Source: an uncultured Nitrososphaeraceae archaeon (GTDB lineage: Archaea; Thermoproteota; Nitrososphaeria; Nitrososphaerales; Nitrososphaeraceae). From it: DNA of 64,000 bases. The position numbers and the translations under genes were made by a program. Shown here piece after piece: positions 30,350-41,240 of this stretch (within the stretch, counting starts at the first letter, position 1; every line of letters starts with the position of its first letter). Under the pieces are notes generated by a model. The model was not told where the DNA came from. It saw nothing but the letters and a program-made list of their open reading frames with translations, and made no database searches. The stretch spans positions 128,001 through 192,000 of the forward strand of contig CAVZZA010000004.1 in NCBI GenBank assembly GCA_963779615.1, written 5' to 3'.

Positions 30350-31303
30350 ATGACAATAATCACAATAATAGGAGCTGCTGGAAAAATGGGAAAATGGTTT
30401 TTTCAATATTTCAACAACATGAAAAATAACCCTTACCAACCAGAAAATGTTTCTAGTCTGTCCATCGATAAAATTCTCCTTTATGACATAAAACAAATTA
30501 ATTACATTCATCCTTTTGACAACAATGAACATGTTGTTATTACAAACAATGTTTCTGAATCAGTGAAAATATCCGATATCATTCTATTTTGCATCCCTGT
30601 CAACGAAATTATAAAAATAATTAACCATAACATTGCAAAATTTAAACCCGGATCTTTAATCATAGAGATCTCTTCAGTAAAATCTACAATTCACAAGACC
30701 CTATCCGCCATCTCATTAAACTTGAATATAGTAACCTTATGCATACACCCAATGTTTGGACCTGGAGCTTCTATTTTCTCAAAAAATAAAGCTATATACA
30801 TTCCTGTAAATAACAACTATAGGAAAACCGAAGAAGATCTTTTAAATAAAATTTTTCCATCTTTTGACAAAATAATAATTGAAAATCCCAACAAACATGA
30901 TTTGGCTATATCTGTTATCATCAGTTTGATATATTTCATAAATCTGGTATTCTCAAAATTTTTAGTGGAGTTATCCAATACAGAAGAATTCCAATTTGAA
31001 GACGATCTATTGCAGTTTTTTAAAAAAATATCCGGCAGCACTTTTAAAATCCAATCCTTATTAAGTGAAAGCATACTAACCGATGATGTTTCGCTTTTTT
31101 TAACTCTATTTGTTGATAATGACAAATCGGCTATAACTATTAATAAATATAGACAACTTTTCGATGATCTGTTGGATAAGATAGAAAAAAAAGATCAGGA
31201 CGTAGTTAAAAAGTACATATCAACGACTAAAAATAGCATTAAAAAGGATGTCGATATCAACAAGTCTTATAAACTACTATACAAATTTTTAAATTCACAA
31301 TAG
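30350..31303 (+). CDS. tyrA: prephenate/arogenate dehydrogenase
   Basis: IIGAAGKMGKWF, EISSVK, HPMFGP, HD motif. Confidence 0.88.
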   Translation: MTIITIIGAAGKMGKWFFQYFNNMKNNPYQPENVSSLSIDKILLYDIKQINYIHPFDNNEHVVITNNVSESVKISDIILFCIPVNEIIKIINHNIAKFKPGSLIIEISSVKSTIHKTLSAISLNLNIVTLCIHPMFGPGASIFSKNKAIYIPVNNNYRKTEEDLLNKIFPSFDKIIIENPNKHDLAISVIISLIYFINLVFSKFLVELSNTEEFQFEDDLLQFFKKISGSTFKIQSLLSESILTDDVSLFLTLFVDNDKSAITINKYRQLFDDLLDKIEKKDQDVVKKYISTTKNSIKKDVDINKSYKLLYKFLNSQ

Positions 31304-32089
31304 GCAGGAAAAGCATAAAACAACAAATGACCGAGTAAACTAGTGAATTAACATACTGATTTATTTTTTTTCGATGTAGTTCACAATATAGATGAGAGAA
31401 AAATAGCAAAATCTGAGATGTGATATTCCCTGCAAATCTGTTTCCTTATTTGACATCCATGAGAAAAATTTCCAAAGAATCATATTCTTTTTGTATAAAA
31501 CCTTCAAAATAAGTATGAGAGCGGTGAGTCGGGAGATTAATTTTATGAATCAACCCTGAAAAAAAAGTGAATATTTCATAAAAATCATAGTTAAAGATTG
31601 TAATGGTTGGTGGGCATATATCCAATGCTGGTTGTGTATGTTTCTGCGTATCAATTGTTGGTGCCGTTGAACCTAAATTAAGATTTTTTTTGACGGTTGA
31701 TAAACCTGAAGAAAGAAATATTTTCTTTACGCTTTTTTCTCCACAACAATAAAGATTTATGGCAAAATCCTTTACTGCTTTTCCTCCTCTTATATGGCAT
31801 AATATGATGTGGTGGTAAGTGGTTTCCAATAGGGAAGACTTGAGGCCTTTTAAAAATGGGTAATCGTCATCGCTCTCTTTTTGATAAGGCTAACAAGATA
31901 GAAAAACATGGGATAAATCAAATTTGGCAATAGAACAGAGGATGTTTTGGTGGTTATGCTGTAAAAAAAAATTGTATAACATTACTTATTCAGAATTGAC
32001 TTTATCATTCTATGAAACATTATGATAATAGGGGAAAATCAACATTAAAGAGCCAACATAATATATAATCCCATTTTTATTTTAAAAAT

Positions 32090-33094
32090 ATGGTAGCAAG
32101 AAAATGGTTAGATAATGAGGTATCAATAGATTCCATCAAGGATTTAACAGTTGCTGTTGTTGGGTATGGGATTCAAGGATCTGCCCAAGCATCTAATATG
32201 AAAGATACTGGAATTAACGTTATTGTAGGATTAAGGCCTAATGGGAAAAGTTGGTCGAAAGCAGAAAAGGAAGGACACAAGGTTATGGCTGTTCCTGATG
32301 CCGTTAAACAGGCTGATATAATACATATTCTTATACCGGATATGGAGCAAGAGAATACATTTAGAAATGAAATTGGTCCTTATTTATCTGAAAACAAGGC
32401 GATCAGTTTCTCCCATGGCGCTGCCATTCATTGGAAATGGATAGTATCTCCCAAAAATGTTGATATAATAATGGTTGCTCCAAAGGGTCCGGGCCAAAGA
32501 GTAAGAGAATTATATCTTGATGGTTTCGGAACTCCTTCACTTGTTGCCGTACATCAAGATTATTCTGGAAAAGCTTGGGATAAAGTTCTTGCGTTGGCCA
32601 AATCTATAGGTAGTACACGGCCAGGGGTTCTGGAAACTAATTTTAAAGAAGAAGTTGAAACTGATTGGTTCGGAGAGCAGGTTGATCTATGTGGCGGAGT
32701 ACATAACATGGTAATAAAATCATTTGAAACACTTGTTGAAGCAGGGTACCAGCCTGAAATAGCTTATTTTGAATGTTTGCATGAATTAAAGCTAATTGTT
32801 GATCTAATACAAAAGTACGGCATCACAGGAATGTACAATCGGGTTAGTGAAACTGCCAGATATGGCGGACTTACTAGAGGTAAAAGAGTTATAGATCAAA
32901 ACTCAAAAAACAAAATGAAAGACGTGTTATCTGAAATTCAATCAGGGCAATTTGCGAAAGAATGGGTTGAAAATTATAGGAAAGACAGTAAGACAGCATT
33001 TGCCAAATTGCTGGAAGAAGTAGACAATCATGAAATTGAAAGGGTTGGTAGGGATTTAAGGAAAATGATGTGGCCAAATGATGAAATAAATTAA
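32090..33094 (+). CDS. ilvC: ketol-acid reductoisomerase
   Basis: VGYGIQG, VAPKGPG, ETDWFGEQ, AYFECLHE, SETARYG. Confidence 0.96.
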   Translation: MVARKWLDNEVSIDSIKDLTVAVVGYGIQGSAQASNMKDTGINVIVGLRPNGKSWSKAEKEGHKVMAVPDAVKQADIIHILIPDMEQENTFRNEIGPYLSENKAISFSHGAAIHWKWIVSPKNVDIIMVAPKGPGQRVRELYLDGFGTPSLVAVHQDYSGKAWDKVLALAKSIGSTRPGVLETNFKEEVETDWFGEQVDLCGGVHNMVIKSFETLVEAGYQPEIAYFECLHELKLIVDLIQKYGITGMYNRVSETARYGGLTRGKRVIDQNSKNKMKDVLSEIQSGQFAKEWVENYRKDSKTAFAKLLEEVDNHEIERVGRDLRKMMWPNDEIN

Positions 33095-33103
33095 AATATA
33101 TTA

Positions 33104-33547
33104 TTAGGACTGTTTTCTTTTAATATTGTTTTGTATGTGATCTATGATGACTTGAAGGGGAGTTCCAGGACCAAAATTACCTGTAATGCCTTCATCCTCC
33201 AATGACTTTTTGTCTGATTCGGGGATGACTCCACCCCCTACCAGTAAGATATCTTCTATATTTTTTTCTTTAAATAATCTTGATACTTTTGGAAATATTG
33301 TTAGGTGCGCTCCATTCAACAAACTCATTGCTACAACATCCACATCCTCCTCTATAGCGGTTTTAACAACTTGCTCCGGAGTACAAAACAATCCTGAATA
33401 AATCACTTCCATTCCTGCATCTCTCAAAGCACGACATATGATAAGTGCTCCCCTATCGTGACCGTCTAAACCTAATTTCGATACTAAAATCCTTATTTTT
33501 TTTGATGGGGAGCCAGATTCTTGTTGATTCATTATTGATGCAGACAT
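33104..33547 (-). CDS. cobalamin-binding domain protein (methylmalonyl-CoA mutase small subunit, 3HP/4HB cycle)
   Basis: KLGLDGHDRGA (DxHxxG), LRDAGMEVIYSG, GGGVIP, FGPGT. Confidence 0.9.
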   Translation of the reverse strand: MSASIMNQQESGSPSKKIRILVSKLGLDGHDRGALIICRALRDAGMEVIYSGLFCTPEQVVKTAIEEDVDVVAMSLLNGAHLTIFPKVSRLFKEKNIEDILLVGGGVIPESDKKSLEDEGITGNFGPGTPLQVIIDHIQNNIKRKQS

Positions 33548-33921
33548 ATAATACAGAATAGTAATAACAAGTCAAATTAAAATATTTTTTCTCAAAAAAA
33601 AGCATATTCAATTTTTTTTATGATGACACACTCAATAGCTTTGACCATGTTTTAAAGCTGGACATTGCACAATGATTCGCATTTCTTATTACCAATTCAT
33701 CCAATCCGACTAATGTAATTATTTGTAAACCGATATGGACAAATCGAACAAAATTCAATGGATCTGAACTAGTTTCAACAAATGTTAGGGAACACATTCT
33801 TTATGGCATTTTTTGTGAAAAGCCAAAATAGAACATATCTCGCCATGCTGCAGGACCAGAAATTGGAAAAAGAGCAATCCTTATTATTAATAGAGTTTTA
33901 TTCTAAGTTCATTATAGATTT

Positions 33922-35133
33922 ATGAATAAATATAGCTCTTTAAATTATCAAAAATTATTTCCAGAACAGGAGGTCCTACATAAAATATGTGAGGATAAAA
34001 ATTTGGAAGACGAAGAAATTTCAAAATTCATTGAGGATTCCAACACGATCGCCCTTTTAAAAATTTCATCATCAATAAGGAATGATAATAATCCAAAAAT
34101 AATTACCTATTCTAGGAAAGTTTTTATCAACCTAATTAATCTCTGTAAGGATAGTTGTTCATATTGTACCTATAAGAAGGAACCAACTGATGCGGGTTCA
34201 GTTATGTTAAAACCCACTCAAGCCCTGTCAATAGCTGAGGCTGGAAAAAAGCTAAAATGCACTGAGGCGTTAATAGTCACAGGCGAACGTCCAGAACTAA
34301 GGTATGTAGAAGCAAAAAGATGGTTATATGAAATGGGGTACAGAACATTAATTAACTTTATAGCAGACCTGAGTGAAACAATTTTACAAAAAACTGGATT
34401 ATTACCACACACTAATGCTGGAAGCCTAACAAAAAAAGAAATGTCAATGCTAAAATCTACAAATGTAAGTCTTGGCATGATGTTGGAAAACTCCAGCGAA
34501 AAGTTATTAGATGTGGGAAAGGCCCATGAAAAAGCTCCGAGTAAAAACCCAAAGGTTAGAATAAAATCATTGGTTTCTGCAGGAGAATTAAAAATTCCTA
34601 TTACCACGGGCTTATTGATAGGAATAGGCGAAAGCTTGGTTGATGTTATTAGGTCCATATTGATTATAAAAGAATTAAATGACAAATATGGCAATATCCA
34701 GGAAGTAATAATTCAAAACTTTTCACCCAAGTCTGGAACTGGTATGGAAAATTTTAACCCTCCATCGGATATCTATTTCTTAAAGTGTATTGCAGCGGCT
34801 AGGATATTATTAAAAAACATCAACATACAGGTTCCACCTAACCTTAGTCCGCAAACATACTCCAGGTACCTGGATTCTGGAATAAATGATTGGGGTGGCA
34901 TTTCACCTTTGACCCCTGATTATGTTAACCCGGAATATCCATGGCCTACAATAAAAGATGTAAAAAGAGTTACCAGCATGAAAGGATTTACCTTACGAGC
35001 CAGACTGCCCATATATCCTGAATTCATAAAAAAACCTTATAATTACAATTATTTTGTAGCCGATCATCTTAAAAAACATATTGAAACTTTAATAGATGAC
35101 TCTGGATTAGTTAAAGAGGAATACATACAATGA
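33922..35133 (+). CDS. cofG: FO synthase subunit CofG
   Basis: ITYSRKVFI, CKDSCSYC, LPHTNAG, QEVIIQNF, QVPPNL, DWGGISP, NPEYPWP. Confidence 0.94.
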   Translation: MNKYSSLNYQKLFPEQEVLHKICEDKNLEDEEISKFIEDSNTIALLKISSSIRNDNNPKIITYSRKVFINLINLCKDSCSYCTYKKEPTDAGSVMLKPTQALSIAEAGKKLKCTEALIVTGERPELRYVEAKRWLYEMGYRTLINFIADLSETILQKTGLLPHTNAGSLTKKEMSMLKSTNVSLGMMLENSSEKLLDVGKAHEKAPSKNPKVRIKSLVSAGELKIPITTGLLIGIGESLVDVIRSILIIKELNDKYGNIQEVIIQNFSPKSGTGMENFNPPSDIYFLKCIAAARILLKNINIQVPPNLSPQTYSRYLDSGINDWGGISPLTPDYVNPEYPWPTIKDVKRVTSMKGFTLRARLPIYPEFIKKPYNYNYFVADHLKKHIETLIDDSGLVKEEYIQ

Positions 35134-36377
35134 ATATTGATTCCATATTAAAAAACATAGATCCTGAAATTTCAACCATATTGGATAAATCACTTAGTGA
35201 TAAAGAAATATCAAATCCGGATGCCATAAAGCTATTCAATAGCAAAGATATAGAAATTTCCATTATTTGCTTAATTGCAGATGAATTAAGAAGGAGGGAA
35301 AATGGCAATGTTGTAACATATGTAGTCAATAGAAATATCAATTTTACAAATGTATGTATAAAACAATGTGGATTTTGCGCTTTTAGTAGGGATTTTAGGC
35401 AAGAAGAAGGATATCTTTTACCAATTGAAGAAATAGTGTCAAGAGCAAAGGAAGCTTGGAAATATGGTGCAACTGAAGTGTGTATTCAAGCGGGGTTGCC
35501 CCCAAATATGGATGGTTATCTTTATGTGGACATATGTAAAGCTATAAAAAAAGAGTTACCAGATATTCATATACATGCCTTTTCTCCGGAAGAAATTCTT
35601 TACGCATCCCTGAAGTCAAATACAAGCGTCCATGATTATCTAAAAATGTTAAAGGAAGTTGGTATAGGAAGCTTGCCTGGAACATCTGCTGAAATATTGG
35701 TTAAAGAAATTAGAAATAAAATTTCCCCAGGTAGGATAACTGTAGAAGATTGGGTTAAGGTGATTACAGCTGCTCATAAGCTTGATATTCCAACTACATC
35801 TACAATCATGTATGGCCATATAGAAACGTTTGAAGACATAGTATCACATTTGTCCATATTAAGAAAAATCCAAAAGGAAACAAACCGTTTTACTGAATTT
35901 GTTCCATTAAGCTTTATTCACACGGAATCTCCAATGTATAATTTAGGATTAATTCCAAATATGAGGGAAGGTGCCGCAGGTGTTGAGGTTTTAAAAATGC
36001 ATGCGATTTCAAGAATATTCTTTAACCAGTTAATAAGAAATATTCAAGTGTCATGGGTAAAAGAAGGCCAAAAGTTATCTCAAATAATTCTGGGATCCGG
36101 TGCCAATGATATGGGAGGTTGCTTAATAAATGAAAGCATATCTACTTCTGCAGGTTCTCAACATGGACAGCTATTGAGACCTAGAGAAATGAAAAAACTC
36201 ATTAGTTCCGCAGGAAAGGTCCCTGCCCAAAGAACATCAAATTATAAAATAATCAAAGAGTTTGAGACTAAAGAAGAGATAGAGGATGAATCAACTTTGG
36301 ATAAGATTGACCCTAAAATATTTGGGTCCTATAAAGAATTGATTACCCTAAACAAATTCAGGTATAAAAAAAAATAA
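35130..36377 (+). CDS. cofH: 5-amino-6-(D-ribitylamino)uracil--L-tyrosine 4-hydroxyphenyl transferase CofH
   Basis: VTYVVNRNINFTNVCIKQCGFCAF, PGTSAEIL, TEFVPL, NIQVSWVK, GAND; overlaps the cofG stop. Confidence 0.94.
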   Translation: MNIDSILKNIDPEISTILDKSLSDKEISNPDAIKLFNSKDIEISIICLIADELRRRENGNVVTYVVNRNINFTNVCIKQCGFCAFSRDFRQEEGYLLPIEEIVSRAKEAWKYGATEVCIQAGLPPNMDGYLYVDICKAIKKELPDIHIHAFSPEEILYASLKSNTSVHDYLKMLKEVGIGSLPGTSAEILVKEIRNKISPGRITVEDWVKVITAAHKLDIPTTSTIMYGHIETFEDIVSHLSILRKIQKETNRFTEFVPLSFIHTESPMYNLGLIPNMREGAAGVEVLKMHAISRIFFNQLIRNIQVSWVKEGQKLSQIILGSGANDMGGCLINESISTSAGSQHGQLLRPREMKKLISSAGKVPAQRTSNYKIIKEFETKEEIEDESTLDKIDPKIFGSYKELITLNKFRYKKK

Positions 36378-36475
36378 TTTGTTGCAGTTAAGCTACACGT
36401 TTTTTTATTTATGGTATGAATGGTTTTTTATAATAATACAAAAATCTTTATATTTGATTTTAAAAAAAAATTATC

Positions 36476-37456
36476 ATGTTTTTAGACAAAAGTAAAAATG
36501 AATTTGGAAGTGACGTATTGTTAGGCTTGTCTGACGGAATTCAGAAATCAATACCTTCAAAATATTTATATGATGACATCGGTTCGGAGTTATTCGAAAG
36601 AATTACCTTACAGCCTGAGTATTACCCAACTAAAACCGAAATAAAAATACTAGAAGATTGCTCAAATGATATCATAAATGATATACAAAAGGAAATTATA
36701 CTGATTGAGTTAGGCAGCGGCAGTTCCAAAAAAACTAAATTTTTGTTCAAAGAGATTCTAAAAAAACAAAACCATTTATATTATTTTCCAATAGATATAT
36801 CGTTCAATTTTCTGAATTCGGTCGTCTCAAATCTGGAAAATTCTTTTGAAAACGTAATTGTCAAAGGCATTCCCGATGAGTACATTAATGGTATCAATAA
36901 TTGTAATAACATCTTATTTGAAAGTAACATCGAAATAAAAAACATATCCAGGTTAATTATATTTTTGGGGTCCAGCATCGGTAATTTTGAGATTGATGAA
37001 GCACGAAATTTTTTAAAAGATATAAGGTCACACGTTACTAATGATGATTTTTTGTTAATTGGTTTTGATCTTATAAAGAATATTTCGGTAATAGAGTCAG
37101 CTTATAATGATAATCAAGGGATCACCTCAAAGTTCAACCTGAATTTATTAAATCGGATAAATAAAGAGCTGGGCGGAAATTTTATCTTGGATAATTTTTC
37201 CCACAGGGCATTTTATAATAGGGACAAGAAAAGGATAGAGATGCATATCTTATCAAAGCAGAAGCAAGACGTTCTTATTTCCTCGTTAGATAAAAAAATA
37301 TCTTTGGAAAAAAACGAGACTATTCATACTGAAAGTTCCTATAAATACAGCCCCGATGAAATTGATAGGTTAGCGAAAAGGGCAGGATTTTCAATAGAAC
37401 ATAAATTTTTTGACAAAAACATTTGGTATGAATTAGTGTTGTTAAGACCCAGTTAA
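36476..37456 (+). CDS. egtD: L-histidine N-alpha-trimethyltransferase (hercynine synthase)
   Basis: KYLYDDIGSELFERIT..PEYYPT, ELGSGSSKKT, FLGSSIGNF, AYND..GITSKFNLN, RIEMH, IHTESSYKY. Confidence 0.9.
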   Translation: MFLDKSKNEFGSDVLLGLSDGIQKSIPSKYLYDDIGSELFERITLQPEYYPTKTEIKILEDCSNDIINDIQKEIILIELGSGSSKKTKFLFKEILKKQNHLYYFPIDISFNFLNSVVSNLENSFENVIVKGIPDEYINGINNCNNILFESNIEIKNISRLIIFLGSSIGNFEIDEARNFLKDIRSHVTNDDFLLIGFDLIKNISVIESAYNDNQGITSKFNLNLLNRINKELGGNFILDNFSHRAFYNRDKKRIEMHILSKQKQDVLISSLDKKISLEKNETIHTESSYKYSPDEIDRLAKRAGFSIEHKFFDKNIWYELVLLRPS

Positions 37457-37564
37457 CAAATAAAGAAAAAGTCAGCGTTTAAAAAAATGGTATGAAGAAA
37501 ACACTATTATTTGGAAAGAAATTGATTATGATGCAAAGATGGTGTTAAAAACTATTTTATCGTA

Positions 37565-39382
37565 TTAAACGGACTCTTTCAGCGATACCTTTTGCCTCTC
37601 TATATCTTCTTTTTCTATTTTCTTAAATATCGGCTCAATACTTTGACTTAATACATGCCCTTTTTCAATAGTCATCTCCGAAGCAGCATACCAATTTTGT
37701 TTTGATAGTTCGTCACAATACCCCAATTGACGCCAAATCTTCTCCGCAGATACCGGTATAAACGGGTATAAGATGATTGCCATGGCTCTAGTTGCGTTGA
37801 CCGATATCCATATTGTATTATTTGAGGTTGATTTTGATTTCCATGGTTGTTTAATTTGAAAGTATTGATTAAAAAATGTACTAAATTGTAAAATACGTTT
37901 GATTGCTTTGTCTATATTGTTACCATATATTAAATCACCAATTTCATATGCGATGTTTTTTATTCTAATTAGTGCTTGGTTATCATCCTCATCAAATTCA
38001 TCTGGAGAAGGAACAATGCAATTAAAATTTTTCATGGTAAATGAGAGGGTCCTATTAATGAAATTCCCAATATTGGAAATGAGTTCATTATTTATTTTTT
38101 CACAAAAATTATCCCAATCAAAATTAATATCTGATTGTGTATATGGAATAATGGATGAAAAATAAAACCTAAGGTAATCCGGATAGAAGTCATTAACAAA
38201 TTCTCTTAAGCCTATATACCAGTTTTTACTTTTTGATAGTTTTCTATTTTGAAACAAAAGATGACCTCTGGTAATTATTTTATCTGGCAGTTTGTACTCT
38301 TTGTTGATTCCTATTCTAATAGCGGGCAAGAACAGATAATGATGATAAACTATATCCTTTCCAATATAGTGGTATATTTCCGAATCGTTCCATAATTTTT
38401 TTCCGCCTTTTTTTAAAACAGTAGATGCAAATGTTAAAAACGAAGAAATATAACACAAATGGTTATCGAACCAACCGTAGAAAACCTTTTCCTCTTGTTT
38501 TTTAGTATCATCCACTGGGGGTATTGGAACTCCCCAACTAAGGTCTCTAGTAATATCCCAGTCCTGCAATCCAGACTCTATCCAATTTAACACATATTTC
38601 ACAATGTCTTGTTGAAGATTTTCATTATTTAACAACCAGTTTTTTAACTCTTGTGAAAAATCGGATAACTTAAAAAAATAATGATTGCTTTCCCTCTTTA
38701 TAGGGTCATTTCCACAAATTGCGCATTTAGGATTTAATATTTCTTCTGGAACCCTTCCACAAGATTCACACAAATCTGAGTATTGATTATCAGCATTGCA
38801 AAATGGGCATTTTCCAATAACATACCTATCAGGCAGGTACTTTTTATCATAAGGGCAAAAGAATTGAACAATCGGTTTTTCTACTATATGATTGTTATCA
38901 TACAACTTTAAAAATACATATTGAACAAATTTAATATTTTCAATAGAACTTGTTTTGTAAAAAAAATCAAAAATAATTCCAATGGATTCAAAATCCTTTT
39001 TGTCTTTTTCATTCCATATCTGGACGTATTCTTCTGGTGTTTTACCTTCCTTTTCTGATTTTATTAGAATGGGTGTTCCAAAATCATCAGTTGCACAAAT
39101 ATGATAAATTTGACTTCCAGTTAATTTAATAAACCTTGTAAAAATGTCTGCAGGTAAATATGTAGACGCGATATGACCTAGATGAATCTCCCCATTTGCA
39201 TATGGCAATGCAGATGTCAATATTATTTTTTTATCTTTTATTTTAGTGGGATTAATCTGTTTTTTTTTAATTTTATCATTTTCTAGCCTTTCGTTTTTGC
39301 GGTCAATGCCAACAGACATATTATAAGAATCATCAGATGCTAAAGCAAGATTACTCTTTTTATAAAACGATGGATCATCCAT
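37565..39382 (-). CDS. metG: methionyl-tRNA synthetase
   Basis: TSALPYANGEIHLGH, zinc knuckles, WDITRD, IGKDI, KLSKS. Confidence 0.95.
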   Translation of the reverse strand: MDDPSFYKKSNLALASDDSYNMSVGIDRKNERLENDKIKKKQINPTKIKDKKIILTSALPYANGEIHLGHIASTYLPADIFTRFIKLTGSQIYHICATDDFGTPILIKSEKEGKTPEEYVQIWNEKDKKDFESIGIIFDFFYKTSSIENIKFVQYVFLKLYDNNHIVEKPIVQFFCPYDKKYLPDRYVIGKCPFCNADNQYSDLCESCGRVPEEILNPKCAICGNDPIKRESNHYFFKLSDFSQELKNWLLNNENLQQDIVKYVLNWIESGLQDWDITRDLSWGVPIPPVDDTKKQEEKVFYGWFDNHLCYISSFLTFASTVLKKGGKKLWNDSEIYHYIGKDIVYHHYLFLPAIRIGINKEYKLPDKIITRGHLLFQNRKLSKSKNWYIGLREFVNDFYPDYLRFYFSSIIPYTQSDINFDWDNFCEKINNELISNIGNFINRTLSFTMKNFNCIVPSPDEFDEDDNQALIRIKNIAYEIGDLIYGNNIDKAIKRILQFSTFFNQYFQIKQPWKSKSTSNNTIWISVNATRAMAIILYPFIPVSAEKIWRQLGYCDELSKQNWYAASEMTIEKGHVLSQSIEPIFKKIEKEDIERQKVSLKESV

Positions 39383-39494
39383 TTCTTTTCTTAGTTAGTA
39401 ATATCCACAGTATTTAACCTAACTATGGAATGGATGGACATACACCTTTAAAAAACATTTAATAATTTTTAAATTATAACTATATTTCCATCAC

Positions 39495-39800
39495 ATGACT
39501 TGGGTAAAAATTGCAAATAAAAATGAAATCCGCGAGGGAAATGGTAAAGAAGTCAACATAAATGGCCAAAGAATAGCCCTTTTTTTATCTAATAACAAAT
39601 ACTATGCCATTGAGGCATTGTGCAGGCATCAGGATGGTTCCCTTGCTCCTGGAAAAATAGAAGGAGAAGTAGTGGAGTGTCCCCTGCATTTTTGGCATTA
39701 CAATATAAGGACAGGCGAATTGCTTGATTATATGGAGGGAGTTAAACTCAATACCTTTGATGTAGAAATTAGAAAAAATGAGATTTACCTAGATATCTAA
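39495..39800 (+). CDS. Rieske [2Fe-2S] ferredoxin
   Basis: CRHQ...CPLHFW. Confidence 0.9.
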   Translation: MTWVKIANKNEIREGNGKEVNINGQRIALFLSNNKYYAIEALCRHQDGSLAPGKIEGEVVECPLHFWHYNIRTGELLDYMEGVKLNTFDVEIRKNEIYLDI

Positions 39801-39823
39801 TTATTTGGTATCAATCATAAGAA

Positions 39824-41236
39824 ATGAGATTATTCAACACCCTTACGAATCAGATCGAAGAAATAAATCTTTTAAAAGGCACAATTAAAGTTTATCTTTG
39901 TGGTGTTACTGTTTACGATGATTGCCATATTGGCCACGCTAGAACGGTCATAGTTTTTGATGTTCTCCGAAGATTTTTTTTATCAAAAAATAAGGATATC
40001 AAATTTATTCAGAACTTTACTGATGTGGATGACAAAATTATAAACAAAGCAGAGGTTGAAGGAACTACCTATGACATAATTTCCGAGCAATACATAAAAA
40101 ATTATTTCAAAGATTTTGATGCATTGAATGTTCTTAGAGCTGATATCTATCCAAAGGCAACAGAACACATTAGTGATATGGTTGATTTTATTAGCGGCTT
40201 AATAAAAAAAAACAATGCATATGTAGGCTCAAACGGAGTTTATTACAAAGTCAAGTCATTTCCTCATTATGGTAAACTATCCAAAAAAACCACTGACTCA
40301 TTAGAATCCGGCGCCCGTGTTGAAATAGATGAGACAAAAGACGATCCACGTGATTTTGCTTTATGGAAATTTTCTCCAAAAGAACCAAGGTGGAAAAGCC
40401 CGTGGGGGTATGGAAGGCCTGGATGGCATATTGAATGCTCTACAATGGCAATAAAATATTTGGGCAATAACTTCGACATACACGGTGGAGGTCAGGACCT
40501 GATATTCCCTCACCATGAGAATGAGATCGCCCAATCAGAAGGATTGTATGATAATTTGTATGCAAAATTGTGGCTCCATGTTGGGATGGTTACCATGGAC
40601 ACAGAAAAAATGTCCAAGTCTACAGGAAATACAATAAAAATCTCTGAAATACTAAAGAAAACAAATCCAAACATAATTCGTCTATTTTGTTTATCTTCTC
40701 ACTATTCAAAGCCCCTAGGTTACTCGGATGAAACCATCATTGAAATACGGAACAAGTGGATGCTGATAGAAAATGCCTATTACGAGTTAAAATACAGAAT
40801 CGACAACAATATAAAATCACCAAATAAAGATTCTCCATATTTTGACCCCTGTGTTTTTAAAGACGAATGCTGCGTTTATTTTGAAGAGTTTGAAAGGTTT
40901 ATAGAGGATGACTTGAATTTTTCCAATGCATTAACATCTTTTTTTAAATTTATCAGCAAAATAAACAACATTTTTTCGACAGGCGAGGCGGATAAGGAGG
41001 TTTTTCTTTTTGCACATGCTCTTTTGGAGAAATTTATGTTTGTTTTGGGCTTAAAAATTGATGCGGTCCCTGAAAAAGAGAAAAAAGAGATTCAAGGATT
41101 GATGGAGAAGCGAAACAGACTCAGAAAAAACAAGGACTATGAAGAATCCGATAGAATAAGAGAAGAACTTTTAAAAAAATTTGATGTAGAATTGATTGAC
41201 CACAAGGGTTTTACTGTTTGGAAAAAGGTTTTGTAA
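39824..41236 (+). CDS. cysS: cysteinyl-tRNA synthetase
   Basis: CGVTVYD..HIGH, GRPGWHIEC, DIHGGG.DLIFPHHENE, KMSKS. Confidence 0.96.
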   Translation: MRLFNTLTNQIEEINLLKGTIKVYLCGVTVYDDCHIGHARTVIVFDVLRRFFLSKNKDIKFIQNFTDVDDKIINKAEVEGTTYDIISEQYIKNYFKDFDALNVLRADIYPKATEHISDMVDFISGLIKKNNAYVGSNGVYYKVKSFPHYGKLSKKTTDSLESGARVEIDETKDDPRDFALWKFSPKEPRWKSPWGYGRPGWHIECSTMAIKYLGNNFDIHGGGQDLIFPHHENEIAQSEGLYDNLYAKLWLHVGMVTMDTEKMSKSTGNTIKISEILKKTNPNIIRLFCLSSHYSKPLGYSDETIIEIRNKWMLIENAYYELKYRIDNNIKSPNKDSPYFDPCVFKDECCVYFEEFERFIEDDLNFSNALTSFFKFISKINNIFSTGEADKEVFLFAHALLEKFMFVLGLKIDAVPEKEKKEIQGLMEKRNRLRKNKDYEESDRIREELLKKFDVELIDHKGFTVWKKVL

Positions 41237-41240
41237 CCTG

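Noticed and set aside
31446-31829. 127-aa ORF between tyrA and ilvC
   Set aside because: No family motif and a TTG start; may be a relic but cannot be supported.
33620-33665. Possible C/D box sRNA (ATGATGA)
   Set aside because: No properly spaced CTGA D box or terminal stem.
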